A program made the translations under genes and the position numbers. The notes beneath the pieces are model-generated. The model ran no database searches. It worked only from the letters and a program-made list of their open reading frames with translations, and was not told the origin of the DNA. Of a DNA stretch of 64,000 nucleotides, positions 13,608 through 26,461 are shown one piece after another (position 1 is the first letter of the stretch; every line of letters begins with the position of its first letter). Where the stretch lies: NCBI GenBank assembly GCA_964016885.1, contig OZ024747.1, forward strand, positions 83,390,001 through 83,454,000. The letters run 5' to 3'. Origin of the DNA: Eledone cirrhosa (taxonomy: Eukaryota).

Positions 13608-13814
13608 CCCTTTAGAATTTGCATTATTCTATATATACTATTGTATTTTTACGGTAAAGGCCTTATCTCACATTATATCAAATCTACGAGATTTTGATGT
13701 TATTTTTTTTAGAACAATACCTTTACGTGAGTATGAACAGCCAGTTATAGATGGTTTGAACAGAAAGAAGAGAGAGAATTCTGGCCGGATACGGCCAGTT
13801 TAAATGCTAAAGGG
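13608..13814. mobile_element. piggyBac-type MITE (TTAA TSD) inserted in a degenerate tRNA-SINE
   Basis: ttaa|ccctttagaattt...aaatgctaaaggg|ttaa. Confidence 0.85.
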
Positions 13815-14194
13815 TTAAATGCCAATTGGTTAGACTGTATCTGTAATTCAAAGAGCCAGCCTTGCCACATACTGTGTCATGCTGAATCTCTCTAAGAATT
13901 ACATTAAGAGTTTACATGTATTTAGAGTGTTCAGCCACTTTCCAATTAATTTCAAGAACTGGCTGTTCCATTGATTAAACAACTGGAACACTCACTATCG
14001 AAACTGATAAACGTTTTTATTTTGCATATTATTCCAGTTTCTATAGTGATAATCAGTAATGCACTGTATCTTGTTCCTAGACATGCAGATATCTTAAATT
14101 TTCTGAATGAGCTGTCATTATATGATATTATAACTAGCCAGTTGGTTTGTGTGAATTCTGTAGTGTAGTAATGAACATGCATTCCACATATACG

Positions 14195-14411
14195 TATACC
14201 TTCATCATAGTTCTCAGGGAGATTCAGTGTGGCATAGAATGGGATAAGGCTGGCCCTTCGAATTATGGGTGCAACTTATTTTTGCCATCTGAGTGGACTG
14301 GGGCAACATGAAATAAAGTGTCTTGCTCAAGGACACAGTGCACCGCTGAGAATTGAACTCATGTCCTTACGATTATGAGTTGAATACCTTAACCACAAAG
14401 CCATGTGCCTT
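14195..14411 (-). mobile_element. tRNA-derived SINE family B
   Basis: Minus strand starts aggcacatggctttgtggttaagg...gagttcaattctc (A and B boxes) then tgtccttgagcaagacactttatttca, as at 33321-33465. Confidence 0.75.
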
Positions 14412-15539
14412 CACGCCAAAAGGTAGACAGTTAAAAAAAAACTGATATCCCAGATGTCCTGAACCCAGACAAATGTTTCAGTTAATGTACTTGAATTGAT
14501 TAGGTTGTTGTGAATTTTGCCTTCCTTCTCCAAATATTTCATTGAATAACAAAATGAATGCAAATAAATATAACATTGGCTTTGTTCAAAATGTTTACAG
14601 GTGTTTGGCAAGTTTGAGTGAAATGCAGGCACAAGTATTTCAGCAAATACTTTCTTTGTGTTGGGGACCAAACAGTGCAACACATAGTTTTTCTTTTTAG
14701 ACGGACTTGACTATTGTGAGAAAATATATAACATAGAGGACATCTAGATGGCTATGGCTGAAGAGAAGTGACTGGTGGGGTCAGAATTATGTTTACCATT
14801 TAGATACAGCCTAAGGCTTGATCGACTTTGATTGGGTCAACTGAATGAGGGTGTTTTTCTTTTTAGATGGTCTAGGTCACAGGTTCTCAACCCATTTAGG
14901 CCAAACGCCCCCTTTTGTCCCTTGAAATCACGAAACGCCTCCTACCCTATTTTTCAATTTTTCAATATACTACTGATTTTGATATCAGTAGATTACTAAA
15001 ATATTGATTAACAATATTCCAAAGATACCATTTCAGGCAGCTGAGAGTATAAATACATTCCTTGAAAGGAAATATATAAATTTCAAAAAAAGGAACATAA
15101 ATGTTCTTTTTTATGAATAAGGACCAGTTGAATTTGTTATATTCCCACCAGGCGATACCAGCTATTTTGAACATTTATACAAGAACAACTGTCTATTCCA
15201 AGAGTGCTCTTATCTGGAAGAAAGTGGCAATTATATCATTTCAAAGCTTTCCAATTTTCCCTTTAATAAAACGGATAGAATAAATGTTGATATCTAACTT
15301 GATATCCCCTCTGCTTTGTGAGCTTAGAGACCACGGAAGAGGGTTTTCATGACCACGTAAGAGGGTATATTTATTAATAAATGGTAAAATATATACAACA
15401 AATGGGTAATTGAATTGTAGTAGATGGTTTCCAGTCCAGTCAGACTGCAACTACAAATAAAAAAATTGTTAGTTTGCTTTGTAACAATAGCATATCCAAG
15501 TTTTCGGATAAATCAACTTACTTTAACTTTGACTCATTT

Positions 15540-16600
15540 CAATGGGACCCTTGAGATTCATGCAGTCTAGCTAACTCTTTGACGTGAGGCTCAATTTTCC
15601 TAAGATGTAGCCAGAGATCTCCATGTGTAATTACATTGTAGTGGTTGCGAGCCTTACTGTGCAGTCTGGAAATGGCACCAAACCTCCTCTCGACTAAGTA
15701 TGAGCTTGGAAAAGGCAGAGCAAATCTCTTAGCCTCTGCATGTAGGTGTGGAAATCAACGCTGAATTTCCTCTTGCATTCCAAAAAGGGGTTCACCTTTT
15801 TTAGAAAATCTAATTTTGATCATGTCATCTGCTTGAAGTTCAATGAATTCTTCCTGAAATTTAACGTCCAAATCGTCGACGTTAACTATGAAAGGATCTG
15901 CTATCCACATTGGGATGTCCATCGGCAAAAGGTGTGACAAACCATTCTCTCATGTTGTCGTGTAGCGCACGGAGGTGAGTGGTATAAATTTGGAGTTGGT
16001 CATCGCTTACAATGTTTTGAACATTGGCGACACTAGGAAAATTATAGAACTCCCGTCAACAAAGATTCCTTTCGATGACATTCAATTTAGCAAGGAATGT
16101 TTTCACAGCATTCCTTGCTTTAAGCAAGGTGATCTTCTTCCCCTGCAAAGCCAAAATGACGCTATTGCATTTGTCGAAGATGTTGGTGAGGTAGGCGCAG
16201 TTTTGCCTCACATTGAGGGTTTTCTTGTACAGTTCTGTGTTGCGTCCTCGCAGAAACTCAATGATAGAGTCGAAGAGTTCAAAGAAGTGAGTAAAGCACT
16301 TGCCCTTTGAAAACCACCTCACTTCAGTATGAAGGAGCAGCTTGACGAATTTTTCGTCATTATCTTGGCACAGTTGCCCGAAAATTCGTTCATTGAGGGA
16401 ATGTCGTTTGATAAAATTGATAACATCAATGGCCACCTGCAAGGACTTGCTCAGCGGCTTGCTGAGGTTCTTCGCAGCCAAGTGTTGTCAATGAATGACA
16501 CAATGAACAGCAAATACAGATAGATTTTCTCTCTTCAGAAGAGTGACGAAGCCCTTATATTGGCCGACCATTGCTCTTGCGTCGTCCGTAGCACATGATA
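15540..16600 (-). pseudogene. hAT transposase C-terminal half, disrupted
   Basis: ORFs 16056-16481 (VINFIKRHSLNERIFGQLC...HTEVRW) and 15755-15940 (IPMWIADPF...FQEEFIELQAD). In-frame stop at CVIH*QHL. Confidence 0.85.
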
Positions 16601-16605
16601 CAATG

Positions 16606-16803
16606 TGTGTTGTATGTGGTCCTAGATGTATGTATTACCTGCTTATGTATTGCATGTGGTCCTAGATGTGTGTGCTACCTCCTTATGTGTTGCATGTGGT
16701 CATAGATGTGTGTGCTACCTCCTTATGTGTTGCATGTGGTCCTAGATGTGTGTATTACCTGCTTATGTGTTGTATGTGGTCCTAGATGTGTGTGCTACCC
16801 GCT
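16606..16803. repeat. 40-bp tandem repeat x5 inside hAT copy 1
   Basis: ggtc(c/a)tagatg recurs at a 40-bp period (16618, 16658, 16698, 16738, 16778). Confidence 0.9.
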
Positions 16804-17422
16804 TCTGTTTTTTCTTTTCTTTTTTTTATTTGTAATATTATTTATACAATAGGGAATAAAATAGATCTACATAGATCTACATCGTTACGGTTGAGTCAAT
16901 AATTTCAGACATGAAATACATTGTTATTGGTGAAGGAAAGATAAGATTCTAACTCAATTACTGGTTAATGTCTCAATTACCGGATACACCTGCACACCTG
17001 CTCACAGCTGCAGTCAGACTATAGTTATGCTGTCTGCAAGCTCATTCAAATGCATTCACACTGGCTGTCTCAAAGACATACAAATATGGCTTATAAAACT
17101 TACCAAAGTAAAGAGTCTTCCAGCGCCCCCTTATCCCCCCCCCCCCCCCGCTCCAAACGACACCCTGGAGTTCCGAAACGGCCCCTGGCGGTGCATATGC
17201 CCCCGTTGAGAACCTTTGGTCCAGGCGATTGTGGCAAAATATATCTATGCAATATATAAATTCAATATCTTTATAATAAAGAAAAAATAATTATTTCTTA
17301 CATAACAGCAGGTTTGTTAATTGAAAGTTCCACAGTACTGGGGGTGGAGAACTACTCCCTCTGTTGAGACAAAAGGGTTAAAGCTTCACCTATGATGAGT
17401 AATGTAAATGCTAAAGGGTTAA

Positions 17423-17630
17423 CCCTTTAGCATTTAAATTGGCTGTATCTGGCCACAATTCTCTATCCTTTTTCTGTTCAAACCAGCTGTAACTGACCAC
17501 TCATACTGATGTTAAGGTATTGTTCTCAAAATAAATAATATCAAAATATCATAGATTCTATATTATGTAAGGTAAAGCCTTTACTGTGAAAATATAATAG
17601 TATATATAGAATAATGTAAATGCTAAAGGG
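17423..17630. mobile_element. piggyBac-type MITE (TTAA TSD), opposite orientation
   Basis: ttaa|ccctttagcattta...taaatgctaaaggg|ttaa. An extra TIR fragment abuts at 17400-17418. Confidence 0.85.
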
Positions 17631-19125
17631 TTAATGCTATCTGCTAACATTCTACTTGGTCCTTTCTTTGGCCTGCTTTCTAAAGTCAAAAGTTTCCAAA
17701 TGTTTCAAAAGAAGGTTTGTTTACCCTGTTGATACCAACCCATCCAAAACCAGCTCTGGTTCTATCAAATATAACCACACATTTTAAAGATCCCCTGTCT
17801 AAATTTAAAGCTTCCAAAATAAAAACATTTCATTAAATTATGTTCTATATCTTAATAATGAAATAACTAATAATTTTAGTAAATAATTTCAAATTCTTCA
17901 ACAATATATAAAAACCACTGTATTTCATAAGAAATATGGTAATGAAACATTTAATGCATCTCACTGTTTAACCCTTTTGATAGCAACTTGGACAAAACCA
18001 GCTCTGGGTCTATGAAACAAAACCAATCATTTTGAAGGGCTCCTATTTAAATTAATACTTTAACTGACAACCTTGTGGCTCTCTCTTGCTGGCTTGTCAA
18101 TAGTGGCTGAAACTATGATGAATTGTCACAGATTTTAAAAATATATGTTTTATTGTCAAAATCATAGATGTATGTTTTAGTTGTTAGTGTTTATTCTGTG
18201 TATGTGTGTGTGATCTGTATTTACTGTTCACGGGTCAGTCTGCCACATGGTCCTGGCTGACAGGATGCAAAACATATTGCCTCAGATGATGGTGAGGCAG
18301 ACACGCTGGTACAGCCACTTCACCTCATAGGGCTCACACTTGTGGGTAGCCAATTCTGTCCCAATAGCAGGGAATAAGGATGTGGTCTGGAAGTCTTCAT
18401 TGCCACAGGTTCTAAGTTCAAATACTGTCAAGGATAACTTTGAATCCCTATGTGATTTGAATATCATAAAACCTGAAAGGAGCTGATCATCAAATCCCCC
18501 AAAACAAAAAAACAAAACAAAACAAACTGTGTTTCATTTGGTCTTTCCATTGTTAATACTATCTGGTCTCAGCTCCTGGTAGAAGCATCTCTAATTTTCC
18601 AGTGATAAGAGGTGGGGTTTCAACTAAGAACACACAGAGCCAGAACAGATACTTTAAAGCAAACCATTCAGTTCTTTAACAATTCCATTGATGCACTGCC
18701 TATTGACAAATATTATATTTATTGATTCTGAAAAGATGAAAAGCAAAGTTGACCTCGGTAGTATTTGAACTCAAAGCTCAGAGAGTTAGATCAAATATAG
18801 AGGCAGCTAATCCAACATTCTAATGTTTCTGCCAATTTGCCATTTATCTGATAAAATAAATACCAGTTATATTTTGGTAATGTTTAAATTTATAAGTGAA
18901 GTTTTTTTCAGAAACCTGTAGTTCCATCTGTAGCTTCATGACATAAATAGATTCATAATGGTCATTCAAATATTAATTTAACAATGCCAACTCAATGCAT
19001 TACTAAGCACTAAAGAATTATTACTCAATCACTTTATCTAGATATGCCTACTGCTGCTTGATAATTTCACTTTTATTATTTATACAGTAACATGTAGATA
19101 GGTTCATTATTTAAAAGAGATTAAT

Positions 19126-19313
19126 TGTTTCTACTTTAGGCACAAGGCCAGCAATTACCCAGTACATTACTGGTACTTTATTTTATCGACCTCGTAAGGA
19201 TGAAAGGCAAAGTTAACCTCGGCGGGATTTGAATTCAGACTGTAAAGGGACGTAACTATGCTAGAAAGCATGGCGTCCAACCCTCTACCGATACTGCCAA
19301 TCCACCGCCTTAT
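19126..19313 (-). mobile_element. SINE family A, full length, 19-bp TSD
   Basis: TSD ttatttaaaagagattaat at 19107-19125 and 19314-19332. Head ggcggtggattggcagtatcgg (A box) ... gaattcaaatcccgcc (B box). Confidence 0.9.
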
Positions 19314-19606
19314 TTATTTAAAAGAGATTAATGGCAGTGAATTGGCAGAATCATTACCGAGTTGAACTAAATACTGTATAGTATTTGTTCTGGTTTTTTA
19401 CATTCTAATTTAAAATCTCACTGAGGTCAGCTTTGCTTTTCATCCTTCTAGACCCAACAAAATAAAGCATCAATCAAGCACTGGGATTGATATAATTGAC
19501 TTTTCCCTTCCTATTGCTGTCCTTGTGTCTAAATCAGAAATATATATATATATATATAAATGAAAAGTATTGAAATTGTTGTAGCGAGAAGCTAACAGTA
19601 TTCCAT

Positions 19607-19694
<88 letters not shown>

Positions 19695-19719
19695 TGTAAT
19701 AAACAACATAAGGTAATTA

Positions 19720-19779
19720 TTCCATTTACCAGTGGTTTCTTAAAAGCAAAAAATTTTGCTTTCAATCATCAGAATGAAA
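19720..19779 (-). ncRNA. Type-I hammerhead ribozyme
   Basis: Minus strand: tttcatt CTGATGA ttgaaagcaaaa-tt-ttttgcttttaa GAAA ccactgg TA aatggaa. All core nucleotides intact, 7-bp stem I, GUA cleavage triplet. Confidence 0.85.
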
Positions 19780-19876
19780 AGTTCCTGGTCTATTTATTGA
19801 TATTGGATTCTAAAAACACACACACATATATATATATATAAATGATAGGGATATATATAAATGATAAGGATATATG

Positions 19877-20063
19877 AATGATAGGGACTGGAGTCCCTAT
19901 CATTCCACTGCAAAGTGGTCGTGGAGGTGCCACGGCAAAAAAGCACCCAGTACTCACTGTAAATGAGGTTGGTGTTAGGAAGGGCATCCAGCTGTAGAAA
20001 TCAAGCCAGAATCAGTTCCCGTCCCACCCTTGCAAGCAGGGAACAAGCGGACGTAAAATGAAA
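19877..20063 (+). mobile_element. Short chimeric RTE-derived non-autonomous element, copy 1
   Basis: Near-identical to 33464-33665. Confidence 0.75.
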
Positions 20064-20229
20064 TATAAAAATATACACCCTTGAAAAGGCTTGCTGAACA
20101 CACAAACTGAAACCACTTGGTGCCACAGTTGGGACTTTTTATCTCTATATAATGTACACACACACACACATACGCACACACACACATATATATACATACA
20201 TATGTATATACATACATATGTGTATTCAG

Positions 20230-20270
<41 letters not shown>

Positions 20271-20273
20271 CAC

Positions 20274-20691
20274 AGGTGATAAAAGCCGACCTTACCCAAC
20301 TACACCTCTCAAAGTCAATGACACACGACCGTGACTTCTGGCGTCACGCAGTAATACAGGGTACCCGACCTCCCATGGGTACATGCTGAAGCATATAAAC
20401 AATATGCCCCCACTCCCCCCACCGCAAGGTGGTCGTGGAGGTGCCACGGCAAAAAAGCACCCAGCCCACACTGTAAAGTGGACGTGTAGGCGCCACGAAA
20501 AAGCACCCAGCACTCACTGTAAATGAGGTTGGTGTTAGGAAGGGCATCCAGCTGTAGAAATCAAGCCAGATCAGTTCCTGTATGAGCAAGGCATGGTCAG
20601 CCGACCAGACACTGCCCACAACAGGACAACCCGTCTAACCCATGCTAGCGTGGAAGAACGGACGTAAAACGGTGATGATGATGATGATGAT
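20274..20691 (+). mobile_element. RTE family 1, 5'-truncated (ORF end + 3' UTR + (GAT)n tail)
   Basis: Near-identical to the reverse complement of 60317-60732. Confidence 0.9.
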
Positions 20692-21064
20692 ACACACACA
20701 CACATATATACAATCAAAATAAATAGATAAATAAAAATCCTAGCTTACATTTCATATATTAGATATTTATGAATATAAGATTATTCTATACAAGTAGAGT
20801 TTTTAGAACAAGTTTTATACCATATTCATATATTTATGTTGTTAATATTTTATATTCAACAAGTAATTTAGCAATTAAAGCTTGTTTATACTTGAAATTT
20901 TCCATGAGAACTGCCACACTGTTTAATATATTCAGTCAAAGACATTGCTATGGAGATTATTATTGATAGAAATTGATGGCCAATTGCAGACATTTATGAA
21001 ATTGCTTATCATGAATATTCACTAATATAAAGCATTATGTTGAAAGAGAGGGGGGGGGGAGAGG

Positions 21065-21106
<42 letters not shown>

Positions 21107-21307
21107 CTAGAATGAATGAGAATGAAGATATATAGTTCTATGAGAACACATCAGAACTCATCTATTTGAGGATACATCCATCAGTCTATCTGTACAAAAC
21201 AAAAATAATTTCAGTGTACAGATCATCCATCCATTCAACCATCCATTCATTATTCCATCCATCCATCCATCTATCCAGCTATTCATCCATCCAGCCATCC
21301 ATACATA

Positions 21308-21667
21308 CATACTGGTATGGGACAGGGAAAAAAGGCATGTATAGTAGTGGAAGTTTGCTGCCCAGCAGGTGCCAATATATTATTAAAGATTAGCGAAAAG
21401 GAGAATATCTATGCAGAACTAATGAGGAATCTACAGATACTCCACTCTGACTATACCTTCAGATTTATACCTGTGATTATTGAGGCACTGGGATATGTTG
21501 CTAACTGTCTCAGTACAAATCTTGAGAAGCTAGGCTTCACAAAACCAGAAAGAACACGACTAGTTTGGAAATTACAAGTACAATCCATTAACGGAACAGA
21601 TAAAAATTAGTTAGAAACTGACTCTCTCTATTAGTAAAAATTTATAAAATTATAAAACCAGAAGAAC
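21308..21667 (+). mobile_element. RLE-type (R4/Dong/NeSL-like) non-LTR retrotransposon 3' fragment inside (TACA)n
   Basis: Encodes [19 protein letters not shown]...EKENIYAEL...FIPVIIEALG, the PD-(D/E)xK restriction-like endonuclease tail. catacataca on both sides. Confidence 0.75.
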
Positions 21668-21908
21668 ATACATACATGCATACATACATACATACATACA
21701 TGCATACATACATACATACATACATACATACATACATACATACATACATACATGCATACATACATACATGCATACATACATACATACATACATACATACA
21801 TACATACATACATACATACATACATACATACATACATACATACATGCATGCATACATACATACATGCATACATGCATACATGCATACATACATATATACA
21901 TACATACA

Positions 21909-21942
<34 letters not shown>

Positions 21943-22316
21943 CATACATACATACATACATATATACATACATACATACATACATACATACATACATGCA
22001 TACATACATACATACATATATACATACATACATACATACATACATACATGCATACATACATACATACATACATACATACATACATACATACATACATACA
22101 TACATACATACATACATACATACATGCATACATACATACATGCATACATACATATATACATACATACATACATACATATATACATACATACATACATACA
22201 TATATACATACATACATACATACATACATGCATACATACATATATACATACATACATACATACATACATACATACATGCATACATACATACATGCATACA
22301 TACATATATACATACA

Positions 22317-22382
<66 letters not shown>

Positions 22383-22575
22383 CATACATACATACATACA
22401 TACATACATACATGCATACATACATATATACATACATACATACATACATACATACATACATACATACATACATACATACATACATACATGCATACATATA
22501 TATATACATACATACATACATACATACATACATACATACATACATACATACATACATACATGCATACATACATAT
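21667..22575. repeat. (TACA)n tetranucleotide array, about 900 bp
   Basis: Direct inspection; TGCA and TATA variant units. Confidence 0.98.
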
Positions 22576-22919
22576 AAATATATATCCTCATCATCATACT
22601 CATCCTTATGATCGCTGCTGCACCCACCACCTAATATCAACCACTTTACAGGGTGTACTGGGTACATTTTATCATGGCACCAGCATTAGAGAGGATGTCA
22701 TATCTTTGGTGTGGCTGAAGGGAACTCTCAGCCATGAAATTTCCTCCTACCTACTGTGTTTATACAAAGAAGCTAAGAGGAAATCTGAAGCAAGCAAAGG
22801 AACACCAAGTCTTGGGATTCACTACCATGACCTATACATATTGGTATATATATATATATATACACATATATATGTATGTATGTATATATATATATATATA
22901 TATACATACACACGTTGTA

Positions 22920-24497
22920 CATCATCATCATCATCATCATCACCGTTTTACGTCCGTTCTTCCACGCTAGCATGGGTTAGACGGGTTGTCCTGTTGTGGG
23001 CAGTGTCTGGTCAGCTGACCATGCCTTGCTCATACAGGAACTGATTTGGCTTGATTTCTACAGCTGGATGCCCTTCCTAACACCAACCTCATTTACAGTG
23101 AGTGCTGGGTGCTTTTTCGTGGCGCCTACACGTCCACTTTACAGTGTGCGCTAGGTACTTTTTTGCCGTGGCACCTCCACGACCACCTTGCAGTGGGATA
23201 GTGTGGGGGCATATTGTCTATATGCTTCAGCTAGTACCCATGGGAGGTCGGGTACTCTGTATTACTGCGTGACGCCAGAGGTCACGGTCGTGTGTCATCG
23301 CCTTTGAGAGGTGTAGTTGGGTAAGGTCGGCTTTTATCACCTTATCCCAGGTCATCTTGGGTCTCCCCACTCGGCGGTTTCCATCAACTTCTAGTGCTCT
23401 GCACCTTTTTATGCAGCTGTCATCCTTCATACGCATCACATGTCCATACCAACGCGACTGCCTCTCCTGCACACAGCATTTGATTCCTCTTATGCTCAGT
23501 CTCTCTCTCAATTCATTTATGCTTTGTCGTTCGCGTATATTACCATTACACATCCATCGGAGCATGCAGGCTTCGTTTCTCTCTAATCTACGTAAGTCTT
23601 CCACCTTCAGCGCCCAGGTCTCACTATCATGTAACATTGCTGTTCGGATACACGCATCATACAGTCTGCCTTTCATTTTGAGGGAGAAGCCTTTTGCAGC
23701 TAGCAGTGGTAGTAGTTCCCTGAACTTCTTCCATCCCGTTCTTACCCTAGTTATTGTACTTTCTGAACACCCACCTCCGCTGCTAATTCGGTCACCTAGG
23801 TAGCAGAAGCTGTCTACTGTCTCTACAGAGCCCTCCCAGAGATTTGTGGTACTTGTTTCCTGTGGCTGTTTGCTGCTTGCTGTCCCAGTACAACTGCTGC
23901 ATGTGAAGCCTACATTCTTAATTAAGCTTCCTGAGATCCCGCTACATCTCTTGTGTACCTATTGTTTGCATTTGGAGCAGAGAATGGAGTTCCTACCTAC
24001 ACCTTTCCTACATACTGAGCAAGGCCATTTCTCTGAGGGGATCTGGGTTCTGTTTTCTCATCTACTTACAAGGACCTTAGTTTTTGTCATGTTGACTTTG
24101 AGACCCTTTCTTTCTAGTCCCTGCTTCCAAGTTTGAAATTTCATCTCTAGTTCTACCATAGATTCAGCTATAAGTGCGAGGTCATCAGCATACAGGAGTT
24201 CCCATGGGCATCCGGTCTTAAACTCTTCCGTTATTGCCTGCAGGACTAGATGAACAGGAGACGGCTAAGAACGGAGCCCTGGTGGACCCCAACCTGTACG
24301 CTAAATTCCTTGCTATACTCATTGCTAATCCTAACTTTGCTGACTGCTCCCCTATACATGGCTTGTACAGCTTTCACAAGTCATTCATCTACTCCTAGTT
24401 TTCTAAGAGCCCACCAGATTACAGCACGTGGAACTCTGTCAAAGGCTTTCTCGAGATCGACGAATGCCAGGTAGAGTGGCTTACTTTTAGCTAGGTA
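22920..24497 (-). mobile_element. RTE family 1 LINE, 5'-truncated within RT, degenerate
   Basis: YLAFVDLEKAFDRV, YADD region, PHD-like finger, C-terminal ORF 23227-23676; (CAT)n tail at 22920. Colinear with 60317-61886. Confidence 0.95.
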
Positions 24498-24545
24498 CAT
24501 GTACATGTATGTCTTAAAGAAACACACATATATATACACACACAT

Positions 24546-24584
<39 letters not shown>

Positions 24585-24771
24585 AATAAATATATATGCA
24601 TATATATATATACATATATATAAATATATCTCATCATCATCATCATCGTTTTTATGGCTGTTTTTCCAAGCTTGCATGCTTGCATGTATATATATATACA
24701 TAGAGGAGGACAACAGCTCAGATTAAGTAATGACCTTGTCTACAACAAAACAGACAATCATTTACACATAT

Positions 24772-25381
24772 ATAGCTTCCGGTACCTAGGAGATCAGATT
24801 AGCATGGGAGGAAGGTGTTCCGAGGCCATAGTATCTAGAATAAGGACGGGTTGGAAGAAGTTTAGGGAGCTGCTTCCTCTGTTGACGAAGAAGGGTTTCT
24901 CCCTGCGTACGAAAGGCCGGTTGTATGATGCCTGTGTGAGGAGCGCGATGCTGCATGGTAGTGAGACATGGGTAGCAACTGCAGAGGATATGCGACGGCT
25001 GGAGAGAAATGAGGCAAGCATGCTCCGTTGGATGTGCAGTGTAAATGTGCGTGAACGACCCAGCATAAATGTGTTGAGAGAGAAACTGTGTCTGAGAGGG
25101 ATAGAATGTAGTGTACGGGAGAGGAGACTGAGGTGGTATGGACATGTGATGCGCATGGAGGATGACCGATGGGTGAAGAAGTGCCAGGAAATGCCAGTTG
25201 AAGGAAGACGTGGTAGAGGTAGACCACGAAAAACATGGGCGGAGATGGTGAAAACAGACCTCAGATCATTGAAGCTCACGGTGGAGATGACAACGGACCG
25301 TGACGAGTGGAGAGATGCTGTGCTGAATAAGACCCGTCCCACCCTTACAAGCAGGGAAAAGCGGATGTAAAATGATGATGA

Positions 25382-25385
<4 letters not shown>
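24772..25385 (+). mobile_element. RTE family 2 LINE 3' fragment
   Basis: SFRYLGDQ...RLRWYGHVMRME...GRPRKTW; (GAT)n tail. Near-identical to 63606-64000. Confidence 0.92.
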
Positions 25386-25466
<81 letters not shown>

Positions 25467-25517
25467 ATATATATAGTTTATATATATATATATAATATAT
25501 ATAGTATATAGTATATA

Positions 25518-25585
<68 letters not shown>

Positions 25586-25938
25586 CCAACCCATGCAACC
25601 ATGGAAGAATAGGTGTAAAATGATAATGATGATATATATATATACATACACACATACACACACATATACACACAACACACACATACTCATATGCATATGT
25701 ACAAATATATATATATAAACATATATTTATGTGTATATGCAAATTATTTAATCTGAATAAAAACAGACTGGTTATGATCCTGATTACGTGATGTGACCAA
25801 CATTGAAAAGAAAGGCAATTACTTTCTTATCTCTTTATATAAACAATATAAGATATATAGGAAGGAAGCAATACACTTGGAGATAATTGTATTAATCAGA
25901 TATAGATTTCAGTTATCTATGTATTAAGTTTGATTCCT

Positions 25939-26330
25939 CACCACCACCACCACCACCACCACCACCACAGCTACCACCACCACAGCCACCACCACGGCCA
26001 CCACCACCACCACCACCACAGCCACCTCCACCACCACAGCCACCAGCATCACCACAGCCAACACCACCACAGCTGCCACTACCAACACCACCACTACCAC
26101 CACAGCTACCACCACTACCATCACCACCACCACCACCACCACCAACACCACTATAACCACTGCTATCACCCCACCACTACCACCACCAACATCACTATAA
26201 CCACTGCTATCACCCCACCCCACCACTACCACCACGAACACCACTATAACCACTGCTATCACCCCACCCCACCACTACCACCACCAACACCACTATAACC
26301 ACTGCTATCACCACCACCACTGCTACCCCC
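25939..26330. repeat. (CAC)n degenerate microsatellite with internal caccactataaccactgctatcacc repeats
   Basis: Direct inspection. Confidence 0.9.
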
Positions 26331-26461
26331 CCCCCTCACTACCCCACCATTGCTGTTGTGTCTTTGTTATGTTTATTGATTTACACTTGCCTGGCTTTCC
26401 ACTCACCCTTGTTATATCCCCCTTCACTCCTCCCCACCTCCTCCTCATTCTCCATGTCCCT

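Larger units (their letters stand above)
14878..17218 (-). mobile_element. hAT DNA transposon (Charlie/Buster, ZBED5/SCAND3-like transposase), internally deleted non-autonomous copy 1
   Basis: TIRs cacaggttctcaac / gttgagaacctttg. Degenerate 8-bp TSD gtctaggt / gtccaggc. Transposase motifs HCVIH, LLLHTEVRWFSKG, FSKLILSREEVW on the minus strand. Confidence 0.92.

Noticed and set aside
18240-18515. Possible host exon (77-aa ORF)
   Set aside because: No recognisable domain; more likely decayed LINE sequence; unsupported.
21631-23044. Long ORFs of 270-430 aa (MYVC/HTYI)
   Set aside because: Translations of the (TACA)n array.
24381-24790. Apparent N-terminal extensions on RTE ORFs
   Set aside because: Chance in-frame fusion of microsatellite or flank to truncated LINE fragments.
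25924-26298. His-rich or Val-rich protein ORFs (also 29917-31046, 27195-27583, 12493-12726)
   Set aside because: Trinucleotide microsatellite read-through with no splice or domain support.
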